A stretch of 64,000 bases of DNA from contig NZ_JAQBOD010000055.1 of assembly GCF_028288205.1 (NCBI RefSeq), positions 36,434-100,433 of the forward strand. Direction: 5' to 3'. The notes beneath the pieces were generated by a model. That model saw nothing but the letters and a program-made list of their open reading frames with translations, did not search any database and was not told the origin of the DNA. This document shows positions 29,946-39,762 of the stretch, piece after piece; position 1 is the first letter of the stretch; every line of letters starts with the position of its first letter. The translations under genes and the position numbers were made by a program. Source of the DNA: Mucilaginibacter sp. GTDB lineage: Bacteria; Bacteroidota; Bacteroidia; Sphingobacteriales; Sphingobacteriaceae.

Positions 29946-30032
29946 TGTGCAAATATGCAAATGCGTGGATGTGCAGATGCTTATAAATTATTTAATTCAT
30001 CTGCACACTTGCACATCCGCACATTTGCATAT
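29946..30032. repeat. REP-like palindrome, family C (GCAAATGYGYGGATGTGCA-type units)
   Basis: Arms 29946-29979 and 29998-30032 are complementary except for one extra 8-nt unit in the right arm. The element starts 1 nt after the purB stop. Confidence 0.85.
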
Positions 30033-30119
30033 CATAACGTCACACACAGGTCATAACTATTTTAGGGTAGCATATTAATCAAAAAGCTATTTAACTTTGT
30101 TAAGTAAATAAAGATCAAG

Positions 30120-30671
30120 ATGAATATCAACGTATATACAGAGTCTACGCCTAACCCGGCAACAATGAAGTTCATTGTGAACAAGTTGCTGATAAATGGC
30201 AGTACAGATTTCGCTACTAAAGAAAGTGCAGAAAAATCGCCTTTTGCTAAGGAACTATATAAATTTTCATTTGTAAACGGTGTTTTCTTCGCCAGTAATT
30301 TTGTTACGGTTACCAAAACAGAAGGTACAGACTGGGAAGATATTGAGCCGATATTAAAAGAGTTTGTAAAAGGCGCTGTTGAATCTGAATTAAAAGTACA
30401 GATAGAAGAGCAAACCGGCGAAGTTGATTTTGAAGGGACCGATACCGAAATCAAAATTCAGCAAATATTAAATGATTACGTTCGCCCGGCTGTTGAGCAG
30501 GATGGCGGCGCTATCTCCTACCGTTCGTTTACCGAAGGTGTGGTTACTGTTGAACTGCGCGGTTCATGCAGCGGATGCCCGTCATCAACCATCACTTTGA
30601 AAGCAGGTATTGAGAATTTGCTTAAACGTATGGTTCCTGAAGTTACAGAAGTAGTATCGGAAGCCCTTTAA
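30120..30671 (+). CDS. NifU/Nfu-type Fe-S cluster scaffold protein (Nfu_N + NifU C-terminal domain)
   Basis: 183 aa. TPNP..MKF N-domain and the CxxC motif GSCSGCPSS. Confidence 0.85.
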   Translation: MNINVYTESTPNPATMKFIVNKLLINGSTDFATKESAEKSPFAKELYKFSFVNGVFFASNFVTVTKTEGTDWEDIEPILKEFVKGAVESELKVQIEEQTGEVDFEGTDTEIKIQQILNDYVRPAVEQDGGAISYRSFTEGVVTVELRGSCSGCPSSTITLKAGIENLLKRMVPEVTEVVSEAL

Positions 30672-30676
30672 TTCTT

Positions 30677-30780
30677 GATTTCACAGATTTAGAAAAGGAT
30701 TACACCGATTAAAATAAGGATTGCACAGATTTGTGTGATCCTTTTTTTAATCGGTGTAATCAAACAAAATCAGTGAAATC
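30677..30780. repeat. Triple-nested REP-like palindrome, family E-like
   Basis: Outer arms GATTTCACAGATTT / AAAATCAGTGAAATC. Middle arms GGATTACACCGATTAAAA / TTTTAATCGGTGTAATC. Inner arms AGGATTGCACA / TGTGTGATCCT. Located between convergent genes. Confidence 0.85.
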
Positions 30781-30782
30781 CT

Positions 30783-31574
30783 CTACCTAAAATACTGTTG
30801 AATTGCCTGCAGCATCTCCTCCGTAAACCTCCCGTTAGTAGCCAACAACTCACGGGTATCTAAAACTTCGTCTCCGCCTTTAAAATTTACTACGTGGCCT
30901 CCGGCTTGCTTTACTATTACAATGCCTGCAGCAGCATCCCACGCATTAAGATTGTATTCATAATAAGCATCAAAACGCCCGGCAGCCGTATAAGCCAAAT
31001 CAACAGCTGCTGATCCCAGGCGGCGCAAACCGTGGCAGTTTTTCATCAGGTAGGTAAACAGTTCAATATATTGCGGCTGTTTTTCAAAATTATAATACGG
31101 GAAACCGGTAGCAATTAAGCTATCGCCAATTTTTGGGGCCTTGCTTACTTTAATTTCTTTGCCGTTCAGGTACGCGGGTGCACCTTTCCATGCATAAAAG
31201 CATTCGTCCTGGTTAATTTCGTACACCACACCTAAAACCAACTCATCATATTCTTTAAGCGCTATGCTAACAGAAAATACCGGCAAGCCATGAATAAAAT
31301 TGGTAGTACCATCAAGCGGATCAATTATCCAATTATATCTTTCGGCTATTTTGTTTTTGGTTTGTTCTTCAGTTATAAAGCCGGCATCGGGTATTATTTT
31401 CTCCAATCCGGCTACTATTATCCCTTCGGCAGTTTTATCAACATACGATACCAGGTCATTTAACCCTTTATATTCTATTTTATCAGCATTAAAGGTTTTT
31501 CTTTCCTGACGGATAAAATCTCCAACTTGTTTAGAAAGCTCAATTACTTGGTTTGCTACTTGCTCCAGCTGCAT
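30783..31574 (-). CDS. Inositol monophosphatase family protein (SuhB-like)
   Basis: 263 aa. WIIDPLDGTTNF and the GSAA.DL motif. Confidence 0.85.
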   Translation of the reverse strand: MQLEQVANQVIELSKQVGDFIRQERKTFNADKIEYKGLNDLVSYVDKTAEGIIVAGLEKIIPDAGFITEEQTKNKIAERYNWIIDPLDGTTNFIHGLPVFSVSIALKEYDELVLGVVYEINQDECFYAWKGAPAYLNGKEIKVSKAPKIGDSLIATGFPYYNFEKQPQYIELFTYLMKNCHGLRRLGSAAVDLAYTAAGRFDAYYEYNLNAWDAAAGIVIVKQAGGHVVNFKGGDEVLDTRELLATNGRFTEEMLQAIQQYFR

Positions 31575-32025
31575 GATGTCTTAATGATAGGCTAAATGAA
31601 AAAAATTTATGTACAAAAAAGCTCGCGAAAAACAAACTTAGCGCAGCCGCTACCCTTGCCATTGGTGGATACATATTTAATGACCTTATAAAAATATCTA
31701 ACAGACTTAAATTTGCAAAAAAGCCAATTATAGCTACTGTAACAAATCGTATAAATTGCTTTGCCGGTGATGAAACCGACTCGTTAAATACCATGTACCG
31801 GGTTATTAAAAAATTAACCACCACACCTAAAAAGAAAGATATAGCTAAAGAAATTGTATAGTTATCGAAAGTATAGGAAAGAACATTATAAGTTGGCTGT
31901 TCCAGGAAATTATGATAGAACATATAGAAAGCAAATACGTCAACCAAAAAACCTGCACCTGCCGAAAACACAAACCTAGCTACCTGATTTTTAAACAGCT
32001 TTTGCCTAAATGAATTATTAGCCAT
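31540..32025 (-). CDS. GtrA-family membrane protein
   Basis: 161 aa with four hydrophobic segments and the F...G..G...D pattern. Overlaps neighbours at both ends. Confidence 0.65.
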   Translation of the reverse strand: MANNSFRQKLFKNQVARFVFSAGAGFLVDVFAFYMFYHNFLEQPTYNVLSYTFDNYTISLAISFFLGVVVNFLITRYMVFNESVSSPAKQFIRFVTVAIIGFFANLSLLDIFIRSLNMYPPMARVAAALSLFFASFFVHKFFSFSLSLRHHAAGASSKPSN

Positions 32026-33190
32026 GCTGTGCTTTTACTTTTTTATCCTTATTCAATCCTGATATAATTAAGTACATTCCTCCCAGGAACAAACAGAGAG
32101 ATATCATTTCGGCTTGTGTAAATGATATACCTGCGACATGGTAACGTGTATTTACGCGTATTAATTCAATTAAAAAGCGCTCAATACCATTTAATACCAG
32201 GTAAATACCAAACATTACACCCGGTATTTTAATACGGCTACGAATGCTCCATAAAAACAGGAATAAAAGTAAACATATTACACACTCATAAAATGAGGTT
32301 GGGAATACCGCTTCTCTTAGTTCATTACAATACTTGCCTACACAATTGGCAATTTTATTGCCCTGGTCTTCCATGCTTACGTTATGCGGAAACTTGAATG
32401 CCCACATCCAATCAGGGGCCCAGCTTAACCAATGTGGTTTTGGTGCATGATTAGGTATTCCCCAATCACCATCGCCAGACATCTGGCAGCCAATGCGACC
32501 AATAGCGTAAGCTAACATCATACCCGGCCCGCCAATATCCAGCATATTTAATGGTTTTATACCATGTTTATTTGCAATATAAAGTACCGCGGCTCCCCCA
32601 CATATTAAACCGCCATAAAAGGTAAGTCCGCTAAAACCAATAAGCATACCTACCGGGTCGCGCATAAACTCGTCCCAGTTTTCTAAAGCATTGAACAGTT
32701 TGGCGCCGGCAAAGCCACAAACTGCGGCCCATAATAATATGTTACCCATTAATTCGTACGGATGAACTGTTATTTTTTGGGTTACCGGCTTGTCTAATTT
32801 TTGCTTTTTATTTTCGGCATATGCCCAGTAGGCAAATACTGCCGCCAAAATAATTCCCCCTACAAAATTGCCGCGGGTAGATAAAACAAATGCCTGCGGA
32901 TCATCAATAAAAGCATGGTAGTTAAATACCATATCTAATAATTTATAACCCAATACAAATCCAAAAATGCCATTACCTATTAATTCAGGTATTGTAATAG
33001 CCGAACCCACAGTTACTGTTTTCTCGAAAGAATGGATATAGCCTAATTTTTCTTTGCGCTTAAATTCTTCACTAAAGGCCCAATAGGCTGCTATAAATGC
33101 TATCGCTACAAAAAACCCAAAAGTTTGTATGGGCAGAAGGATATCTAAACCGGTAAGATATTTTATAAGCGAGCTAATACTTGGAAACAT
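32018..33190 (-). CDS. lgt: Prolipoprotein diacylglyceryl transferase (long Bacteroidota form)
   Basis: 390 aa polytopic protein. [15 protein letters not shown] motif region. Confidence 0.82.
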   Translation of the reverse strand: MFPSISSLIKYLTGLDILLPIQTFGFFVAIAFIAAYWAFSEEFKRKEKLGYIHSFEKTVTVGSAITIPELIGNGIFGFVLGYKLLDMVFNYHAFIDDPQAFVLSTRGNFVGGIILAAVFAYWAYAENKKQKLDKPVTQKITVHPYELMGNILLWAAVCGFAGAKLFNALENWDEFMRDPVGMLIGFSGLTFYGGLICGGAAVLYIANKHGIKPLNMLDIGGPGMMLAYAIGRIGCQMSGDGDWGIPNHAPKPHWLSWAPDWMWAFKFPHNVSMEDQGNKIANCVGKYCNELREAVFPTSFYECVICLLLFLFLWSIRSRIKIPGVMFGIYLVLNGIERFLIELIRVNTRYHVAGISFTQAEMISLCLFLGGMYLIISGLNKDKKVKAQHG

Positions 33191-33218
33191 AGTTAGATAA
33201 TTTGCAGCGAATATAGAG

Positions 33219-34538
33219 TTAATGTACTAATATTTCCTGGCCCTCGGTTATTTCAACATCACCATCAGGTGATATTTGTGTTAAATAAACATTTTTTAAT
33301 TCGTTTACCAATACCGGGTCGTACTTGGTTTTAACTTTTACATAGTTGCGGGTAAAACCATGCATAAAACCTTCTTTAATATCGCCCTCAAACAGTACCT
33401 CTTCTGTCCGGCCTAATTGGGTATCATAAAATGCGCGGCGTTTTTTGTCAGATAATATGTGCAGCATCTTACTCCTGTCGGCCCGTGTTGAACCGGGTAC
33501 AACACCGCTCATTTCGGCCGCTAAAGTATTTTCACGTTCAGAATAAGTGAATACATGCAGGTATGCTATATTCAGCTCGTTTAAAAAGTTATAAGTATCT
33601 ATAAAATCTTCTCTTGTTTCGCCCGGGAAGCCAACAATCACATCCACTCCAATACAGCAATTTGGCATAAGCTGTTTTATCTTAGCTACCCTATCTACAT
33701 ATAGCTCGCGTTTATACCGGCGGCGCATCAGGCTTAGTATTTTGTTAGAGCCTGATTGTAATGGAATATGAAAATGCGGCACAAATCTTTTAGAATTAGC
33801 TACAAATTCAATGATCTCATCTGTTAATAAATTAGGCTCGATGGATGATATGCGTATACGGTCAATACCTTCTACTTCATCCAGCGCCTTTACCAGGTCA
33901 AAGAATTTAGTTTCGCGCTTGCCATTAATTATACCGAAATCGCCCAGGTTAACCCCGGTTAGCACTATCTCTTTTACATCTGATGCAGCTATTTGTTTAG
34001 CTTGCTCAATTACATTTTCAATAGTATCGCTCCTGCTTGCGCCGCGTGCTAATGGTATGGTACAAAATGAGCAGGAATAATCGCAACCATCCTGAACCTT
34101 CAAAAAGGTACGCGTGCGATCGCCAAAAGAATGTGCAGGAATAAACTCGTTAGCCGCCGTTACCGGCTGATTATATATTAATGTTTTAGGATTTTTAGTA
34201 AGATCAGTAATATGATCTATGATCTGAAACTTCTCTGCAGCGCCTAAAACCATATCAACACCCGGGATTTCGGCAATCTCTTTAGGTTTTAGCTGTGCAT
34301 AACAGCCTACTATGGTTATGTAAGCATTGGGTGATACTTTAAGCGCTTCTTTTACAACCTTTCTGCACTTTTTATCAGCATGATCGGTCACCGAGCAGGT
34401 ATTAATAACATATACATCGGGCGTATTAGTAAAATCAACGGTATCAAAACCCGCGTTACTAAAAAGGCGGCCTAGTGTTGACGTTTCAGAATAGTTGAGT
34501 TTGCAACCCAGTGTATAAAAAGCGACTTTCTTATTCAT
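33219..34538 (-). CDS. mtaB: tRNA methylthiotransferase, MtaB-type radical SAM enzyme
   Basis: 439 aa. N-terminal UPF0004 Cys triad (TLGCKLN...), radical-SAM CDYSCSFC and a TRAM-like C-terminus. Confidence 0.85.
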   Translation of the reverse strand: MNKKVAFYTLGCKLNYSETSTLGRLFSNAGFDTVDFTNTPDVYVINTCSVTDHADKKCRKVVKEALKVSPNAYITIVGCYAQLKPKEIAEIPGVDMVLGAAEKFQIIDHITDLTKNPKTLIYNQPVTAANEFIPAHSFGDRTRTFLKVQDGCDYSCSFCTIPLARGASRSDTIENVIEQAKQIAASDVKEIVLTGVNLGDFGIINGKRETKFFDLVKALDEVEGIDRIRISSIEPNLLTDEIIEFVANSKRFVPHFHIPLQSGSNKILSLMRRRYKRELYVDRVAKIKQLMPNCCIGVDVIVGFPGETREDFIDTYNFLNELNIAYLHVFTYSERENTLAAEMSGVVPGSTRADRSKMLHILSDKKRRAFYDTQLGRTEEVLFEGDIKEGFMHGFTRNYVKVKTKYDPVLVNELKNVYLTQISPDGDVEITEGQEILVH

Positions 34539-34562
34539 TTTTCCGGTTGCAAATATAAATAT

Positions 34563-34650
34563 AATGAGCGAATGATGGAATGAGTGGTTGAGTGAATGTT
34601 TTTAACACCGCAAGATCAATATTCCATCATTCACTAATCGCTCATTCACT
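34563..34650. repeat. REP-like palindrome, family D (AATGAGCGAATGATGGAAT / ATTCCATCATTCACTAATCGCTCATT)
   Basis: Arms read directly. Located between the ubiX stop and the mtaB start. Related copy at 63754-63814. Confidence 0.8.
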
Positions 34651-34657
34651 AATTATT

Positions 34658-35218
34658 TTACTCGCCCCAACGATAACTATCATTGTCCAATCCTATCAAA
34701 TCTATTACCCTATTTACAACTGTTAAGGCTACTTCTTCAACTGTTTGCGGTTTGTTGTAGAACGAAGGCACTGCCGGGCAAATTATCCCACCAGCCTCGG
34801 TAACGGTTGCCATATTACGTATGTGGATGAGATTTAATGGTGTATCACGGGCCACCAAAATCAGTTTACGGCGCTCTTTTAGTATCACGTCGGCAGCGCG
34901 GCTTACCAGGTCGTCAGATATTCCGCCTGCAATTCTACCCAAAGTACCCATAGAGCAGGGTATAATTACCATAGTATCAAACTTTGCAGAGCCAGATGCA
35001 AAGGGCGCCATGAAATCGTTTTTAGCATAAAATTTATAAGGATAATTGGTATAATCTTCATTATCCAATTCAAATTGCCATACTTGCTTTGCATTATCAG
35101 ACATAATTAGCGCAACCTCGGCTATTTGGCTGTTTAGCTGCTGTAGTTTGTTCAATAATAACCTGGCATATATTGCGCCGCTGGCGCCGGTAATAGCAAC
35201 TACAATTTTTTTCTTCAT
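34658..35218 (-). CDS. ubiX: Flavin prenyltransferase UbiX
   Basis: 186 aa. ITGASGAIYA N-terminus and the IIPCSMGTLG motif. Confidence 0.9.
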   Translation of the reverse strand: MKKKIVVAITGASGAIYARLLLNKLQQLNSQIAEVALIMSDNAKQVWQFELDNEDYTNYPYKFYAKNDFMAPFASGSAKFDTMVIIPCSMGTLGRIAGGISDDLVSRAADVILKERRKLILVARDTPLNLIHIRNMATVTEAGGIICPAVPSFYNKPQTVEEVALTVVNRVIDLIGLDNDSYRWGE

Positions 35219-35260
35219 GATTATTGGTTAACAAACCAAGGGGATTAAAGTTACGGGTAC

Positions 35261-35292
35261 AAAAAAGGGTCGAATAACTAGTACCCGACCCT
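35261..35292 (-). terminator. Intrinsic terminator (second of a tandem pair after ppx)
   Basis: Minus strand: AGGGTCG-13 nt loop-CGACCCT followed by TTTTTT. Confidence 0.55.
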
Positions 35293-35305
35293 ACATCTAC
35301 CTATG

Positions 35306-35330
35306 AAAAACATGCCCTTTGAGAGGGCAT
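35306..35330 (-). terminator. Intrinsic terminator after ppk1-ppx
   Basis: Minus strand: ATGCCCT-CTCAA-AGGGCAT, then G, then TTTTT. Confidence 0.65.
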
Positions 35331-35381
35331 TACAAATGTAATAACACTTTTTTAATTATTAAACAATTTATTAAAATTAAT

Positions 35382-36269
35382 TTAATGTGATTTGACGTAA
35401 TTTTTATCTATTAATGTTTGTATAATACCATCAACCATGCCTACGCTGGGCACATACATGCTCTTAATGCCGGCCCATTTCATTACAGATAAATATATTT
35501 CGCAGGCCGGTATAATAACATCTGCCCTATCCTGGTTTAGGCCCAACACATTAATACGGTCTTTTAACGAAAATGAATCAAGATAACTGTAAAGCGATTT
35601 AAGCTTATTAAAGGTTAATGGTGAGTTATCTTTTTCTTCGGATAATTTATAAAGCTTATTAATATTTCCACCGGTACCAATGCCTGATATATTTTTAAAA
35701 TGCCTGGTATGCTCCCGTATAAATTCTCTCATGGAGTTCCATGATTCCTCTGTATCCTGGTTATCCAGTATGCGGATGGTACCAATGTTAAAAGATTTAG
35801 ACGCTACTAAATCGCCTGATGAAAATAGCGAAAGCTCTGTACTGCCGCCACCTACATCAATATATAAATAGTTTTTTGTTCTGTCTATATTTTGCTCTGC
35901 GTGACTGGCATAAATGATCCGTGCTTCCGCTTGTCCCTGAACAATTTCCAGATCGATATTTGCCTGCTCCTTTATTTGCTTTACAACATCATCACCATTT
36001 TTAGCTTCGCGCATGGCAGATGTGGCACAAGCCATATAATCGCCAACCTTGTATACATCCATAAGGTTACGGAAAGCATGCATGGTTTTTACCAGATCAG
36101 TTGCTTTTCTATCAGAAATATGCTGATTTAAAAACGCGTCATCACCCAAACGTAATGGTACCCGGATTAACGTATTTTTTTTAAATGAAACTGATCCGTC
36201 ATTTTCAATTATATCAGCAATAAGTAATCTTACCGCGTTCGAACCTATATCTATTGCTGCGTATCTCAA
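35382..36269 (-). CDS. ppx: Exopolyphosphatase (Ppx/GppA family)
   Basis: 295 aa. AAIDIGSNAVRLLI and DVGGGSTE motifs. 4-nt overlap with ppk1. Confidence 0.88.
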   Translation of the reverse strand: MRYAAIDIGSNAVRLLIADIIENDGSVSFKKNTLIRVPLRLGDDAFLNQHISDRKATDLVKTMHAFRNLMDVYKVGDYMACATSAMREAKNGDDVVKQIKEQANIDLEIVQGQAEARIIYASHAEQNIDRTKNYLYIDVGGGSTELSLFSSGDLVASKSFNIGTIRILDNQDTEESWNSMREFIREHTRHFKNISGIGTGGNINKLYKLSEEKDNSPLTFNKLKSLYSYLDSFSLKDRINVLGLNQDRADVIIPACEIYLSVMKWAGIKSMYVPSVGMVDGIIQTLIDKNYVKSH

Positions 36270-38320
36270 TTTATTTTGCTTTTATTTTTCAGATAATTAT
36301 AAATGTCTATTTGTGCCCTCACCGGTATCTCAGAATTTGTTTTATGGTACTTGTTGGTATTGTGACTATTAATTTCGCGTGCTTTGGTATTATCGTTAAG
36401 CTGAATATCAATTATATCCCTTATCTCTTTCTTGATTTTTTTATCATAGATAGGGAAACCAACCTCAACACGGGTATCAATGTTCCTGGTCATAAAATCG
36501 GCAGATGTTAAGTACATCAGTTCGTCTCCGCCATTACAATAAATATGTACACGGGCATGTTCCAGGTATTTGTCTACAATGCTTACTACCTCAATATTTT
36601 CGCTGTAACCTTTTATACCGGGCACCAGGCAGCACATGCCTCTTATTATCATTTTAATTTTTACACCGGCGTTACTGGCCTGGTATAGTTTAGTAATTAA
36701 CTGCTCATCAGCCAGGCTATTCATTTTCAGGATCATGTAAGCGGGCTTTTTGGCCCTGGCATGCCTGATCTCGGTATCTATCAATTTATAAATTGCCTGC
36801 CGCGAATCAATTGGCGACACAATAAGGCTCTTTAACCCTTTAGGTAATATGTTTTTATTTAAAGCTTTAAAAACATTTACCAAATCATTAGTTATTTTTT
36901 TATTGGAAGTGAGTAGGGTGTGGTCGGCATACATCCCCGCCGTTTTCTCATTATAATTTCCGGTAGATAAGCAAGCATAGTAAGCCAGTTTATCCTTTTC
37001 TGTGCGGCTTACTAAACATATTTTAGCGTGTACCTTATACCCATCAATACCGTATAATACATTTACACCCTCTTCTTCCAGCCTGCGGCTCCAGGTAATA
37101 TTGTTTTGTTCATCAAAACGCGCCCGCAGCTCAATTAAACAATTTACTTTCTTGCCATTTTTTGCCGCATTTATCAAAGCATGCATTATACGCGAATTTT
37201 CTGCAAGGCGATACACCGCGATACTTATCTCTTTAACCTTTGGGTCAATAGCGGCCTCACGTAAAAAGTGGATCACATAATCATACGTTTGATAAGGAGT
37301 GTTGATTAGATAATCCTGCTTAGCTATCATAGCCATTAAGCTTTTATCAAACGTCAGGTTATCAACCGGTAATGCTGCATATCTTACATACTCCAGCTCG
37401 GGCCCGCCCACGTTAGGGAAAGCAATGAAATTTTTAAAGTTATGGTAACGGTTGCCGGGGATAAGGCTTTCGCCATGCAGGCCCATTTTGCTTACCAAAT
37501 ACTTTAACATATCCAGCGGCATTTCAGAGTCATATAGTAAACGCATAGGTTTACCCCTACGCCGTTTTTGTAAGCTTTTAGATAATGAATCAATAAATTT
37601 CTCGCTTACTTCCTTATCCAGATCTAATTCTGCATCGCGGGTAAGCTGTATGGAATAGGCATCAATATTATCATGCTCGAATATAAAGAAGATATCCTCC
37701 AGGCTGTACCGTATAATATCATCTAATAAAATAATAAATTTCAGGTTATTAGTTTCGGGTAATACAATAAACCTGGAAAGATTATCCGGTATTTCAATTA
37801 AAGCGTATGTTATTTTTTTATCCTTAGTAAGCTTTACAAAAAAGTATATGGAACGGTCGCGCAGCTCTGGCAATATATTTGTATTATCCAGCATAATGGG
37901 CACCAGCGTTGCCAATAGTTTTTCGCGGAAATAGCTTTTTACGAATGTACCCCGAGCTACATTTAACTGTTTATCATTAAGTAGGAATATCTTTTCTTCG
38001 GCAAGCTGTTTAACAATGATATTTTCATACAGGTTATTAAACTTCCGTTCTTGTTTTACAACAACGTTTTTTATTTGGTTTAATAGCTTTTTGGGGTTAT
38101 AACCTAAAATTTCCTTAGCCTTTTCATTCAAGTTGGTAAGGCGGCTTAATGTTGCCACCCTAACGCGGTAAAACTCATCAAGATTTGACGAAAAAATAGC
38201 AAGAAACTTTATCCTTTCAATTAAGGGTACAGTTGGATCGGCTGCTTCTTGTAAAACGCGTTCGTTAAAATATAACCAGCTAATTTCTCTGTTAATTAAA
38301 GGTATGCGTTTAATATCCAT
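36266..38320 (-). CDS. ppk1: Polyphosphate kinase 1
   Basis: 684 aa. INREISWL.FN.RVL N-terminus, two PLD-like HxK regions (VHAKI...) and typical length. Confidence 0.95.
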   Translation of the reverse strand: MDIKRIPLINREISWLYFNERVLQEAADPTVPLIERIKFLAIFSSNLDEFYRVRVATLSRLTNLNEKAKEILGYNPKKLLNQIKNVVVKQERKFNNLYENIIVKQLAEEKIFLLNDKQLNVARGTFVKSYFREKLLATLVPIMLDNTNILPELRDRSIYFFVKLTKDKKITYALIEIPDNLSRFIVLPETNNLKFIILLDDIIRYSLEDIFFIFEHDNIDAYSIQLTRDAELDLDKEVSEKFIDSLSKSLQKRRRGKPMRLLYDSEMPLDMLKYLVSKMGLHGESLIPGNRYHNFKNFIAFPNVGGPELEYVRYAALPVDNLTFDKSLMAMIAKQDYLINTPYQTYDYVIHFLREAAIDPKVKEISIAVYRLAENSRIMHALINAAKNGKKVNCLIELRARFDEQNNITWSRRLEEEGVNVLYGIDGYKVHAKICLVSRTEKDKLAYYACLSTGNYNEKTAGMYADHTLLTSNKKITNDLVNVFKALNKNILPKGLKSLIVSPIDSRQAIYKLIDTEIRHARAKKPAYMILKMNSLADEQLITKLYQASNAGVKIKMIIRGMCCLVPGIKGYSENIEVVSIVDKYLEHARVHIYCNGGDELMYLTSADFMTRNIDTRVEVGFPIYDKKIKKEIRDIIDIQLNDNTKAREINSHNTNKYHKTNSEIPVRAQIDIYNYLKNKSKIN

Positions 38321-38500
38321 ATAAATTGAGTGCTTTGCAGCACTGTATGCAAATCTGCTTATTTATTTGTTAAGTTAATATTAAGTGATTGGTATATTAT
38401 GCTTTTGTTTTTAACAATAATAGTTACTATTTGATTTTATGGCTTTATATATACTATCATTACATTAATTTTGTAAACATCAATTTTAAACCAATTACCC

Positions 38501-38992
38501 ATGCCAACTTTTGATATAGTAAGCAAAATAGACGGCCAAACGCTGGATAATGCTATCAACATTGCTAAAAAAGAAATTTTGAACCGTTATGATTTTAACG
38601 ACTCAAAAAGCACCATAGAGCTTGATAAAAAGACTAACGTAATAACGGTAGTTACCGAGAACGATATGCGTATTAAAGCCATACAGGACGCCATTATAAG
38701 CCGTATGGTAAAGCAGCAGCTTGACCCAAAAGCAATGGATTTTGGTAAGGAAATAGCCGCGTCGGGCAACATGATACGTAAAGAAATTAAGATAAAGCAA
38801 GGCCTTGACCAGGATACCGCTAAAAAAATTGTTAAGAAAATTAAAGACAGCGGCTTAAAGGTACAGGCCAGCATAATGGATGACCAGGTGCGCGTACAAG
38901 CCAAAAAGATCGACGACCTGCAAGCGGTTATCGCCCTTTGCCGCAAAGAAAGTTTTGACCAGCCATTGCAGTATATTAATATGCGTGATTAA
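38501..38992 (+). CDS. yajQ: YajQ-family nucleotide-binding protein (UPF0234)
   Basis: 163 aa. MPTFDIVSK start and family-typical length and pattern. Confidence 0.9.
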   Translation: MPTFDIVSKIDGQTLDNAINIAKKEILNRYDFNDSKSTIELDKKTNVITVVTENDMRIKAIQDAIISRMVKQQLDPKAMDFGKEIAASGNMIRKEIKIKQGLDQDTAKKIVKKIKDSGLKVQASIMDDQVRVQAKKIDDLQAVIALCRKESFDQPLQYINMRD

Positions 38993-39046
38993 GCAGCTTA
39001 TAAAGCCCTGTCCTTTAGAGAGGGTGGATGAGGCCAAAACGAAAAA

Positions 39047-39076
39047 GACCGTCCCCAAAACGGAAACGGCCTTTTT
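39047..39076. terminator. Weak bidirectional terminator-like hairpin between yajQ and hsp20
   Basis: GACCGT-13 nt-ACGGCC (5 of 6 bp) followed by TTTTT, with an A-run upstream. Short stem and large loop. Confidence 0.3.
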
Positions 39077-39190
39077 CAAACTAAACCAACATTACTATTA
39101 TGAAAACTCTCTTTTCGGTATTCCTCGGTCCGGTCCTCTTCACTCATAAAGCTTCCCCACAAACCGGACCTTTGGATTTCCCGATATAAC

Positions 39191-39628
39191 TTATTTTACA
39201 GCTAGTTCTCTTGATTGAAATTTAGCTTCATCTTTTTTAGCGATGGTCAATTTCAAAATTCCGGCTGTATAATCAGCTTCTATTTTTGAATGATCCGCGC
39301 TTTCAGGTAAGGTAAATGACCTTGAAAATGAATTAAAGCTGTATTCGCGTTTGGTAAATTTTTTATTCTCATCCACGGTTTCAGTTTTCTTTTCGGCCGA
39401 AACGCTTAATACATCTTTATCCAAATTAATTTTAAAATCTTCTTTGCTTAAGCCCGGTACTGCTAATTCAACTTCAAATTGATTATCGCTTTCTGCAATG
39501 TTTACCGCAGGTGTACGGGTTGCTAATTTTTCGTTTAAAAACGAATCGTTTAATAATGAATACACATCATTAAAAAATGGATTCACTAAACTGTTTTTTT
39601 GATCCTTGCCAAATTTTACTAAAGTCAT
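39191..39628 (-). CDS. Small heat-shock protein, Hsp20/alpha-crystallin family
   Basis: 145 aa. Alpha-crystallin core (PAVNI.E....F.VELAVPG..KEDF.I....VL.V) and GILKLTI. Confidence 0.9.
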   Translation of the reverse strand: MTLVKFGKDQKNSLVNPFFNDVYSLLNDSFLNEKLATRTPAVNIAESDNQFEVELAVPGLSKEDFKINLDKDVLSVSAEKKTETVDENKKFTKREYSFNSFSRSFTLPESADHSKIEADYTAGILKLTIAKKDEAKFQSRELAVK

Positions 39629-39636
39629 TTTTATAT

Positions 39637-39642
39637 CCTCCT
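39637..39642 (-). promoter_or_regulatory. Canonical AGGAGG Shine-Dalgarno 8 nt upstream of the hsp20 ATG
   Basis: The plus strand reads CCTCCT. Strong SDs are atypical for Bacteroidota, and the other starts I inspected in this window lack one. Confidence 0.5.
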
Positions 39643-39762
39643 AAGTTTTTGTTTTATTATCTTCGCCAGTGGTTGTTCAACTGTTGTACCAATAGCTTTT
39701 TGAAGTTATTTAGAAGACAATTTGTCGTTTAACTATATTTTTACCAGACATAATGGCACACA

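Noticed and set aside
38993-39190. Known housekeeping ncRNA (SRP RNA, 6S, tmRNA or RNase P) in the yajQ-hsp20 gap
   Set aside because: I found no match to the conserved SRP GGAA/AGCA loops or to tmRNA or RNase P cores from memory. The gap is kept only as a low-interest unexplained tail.
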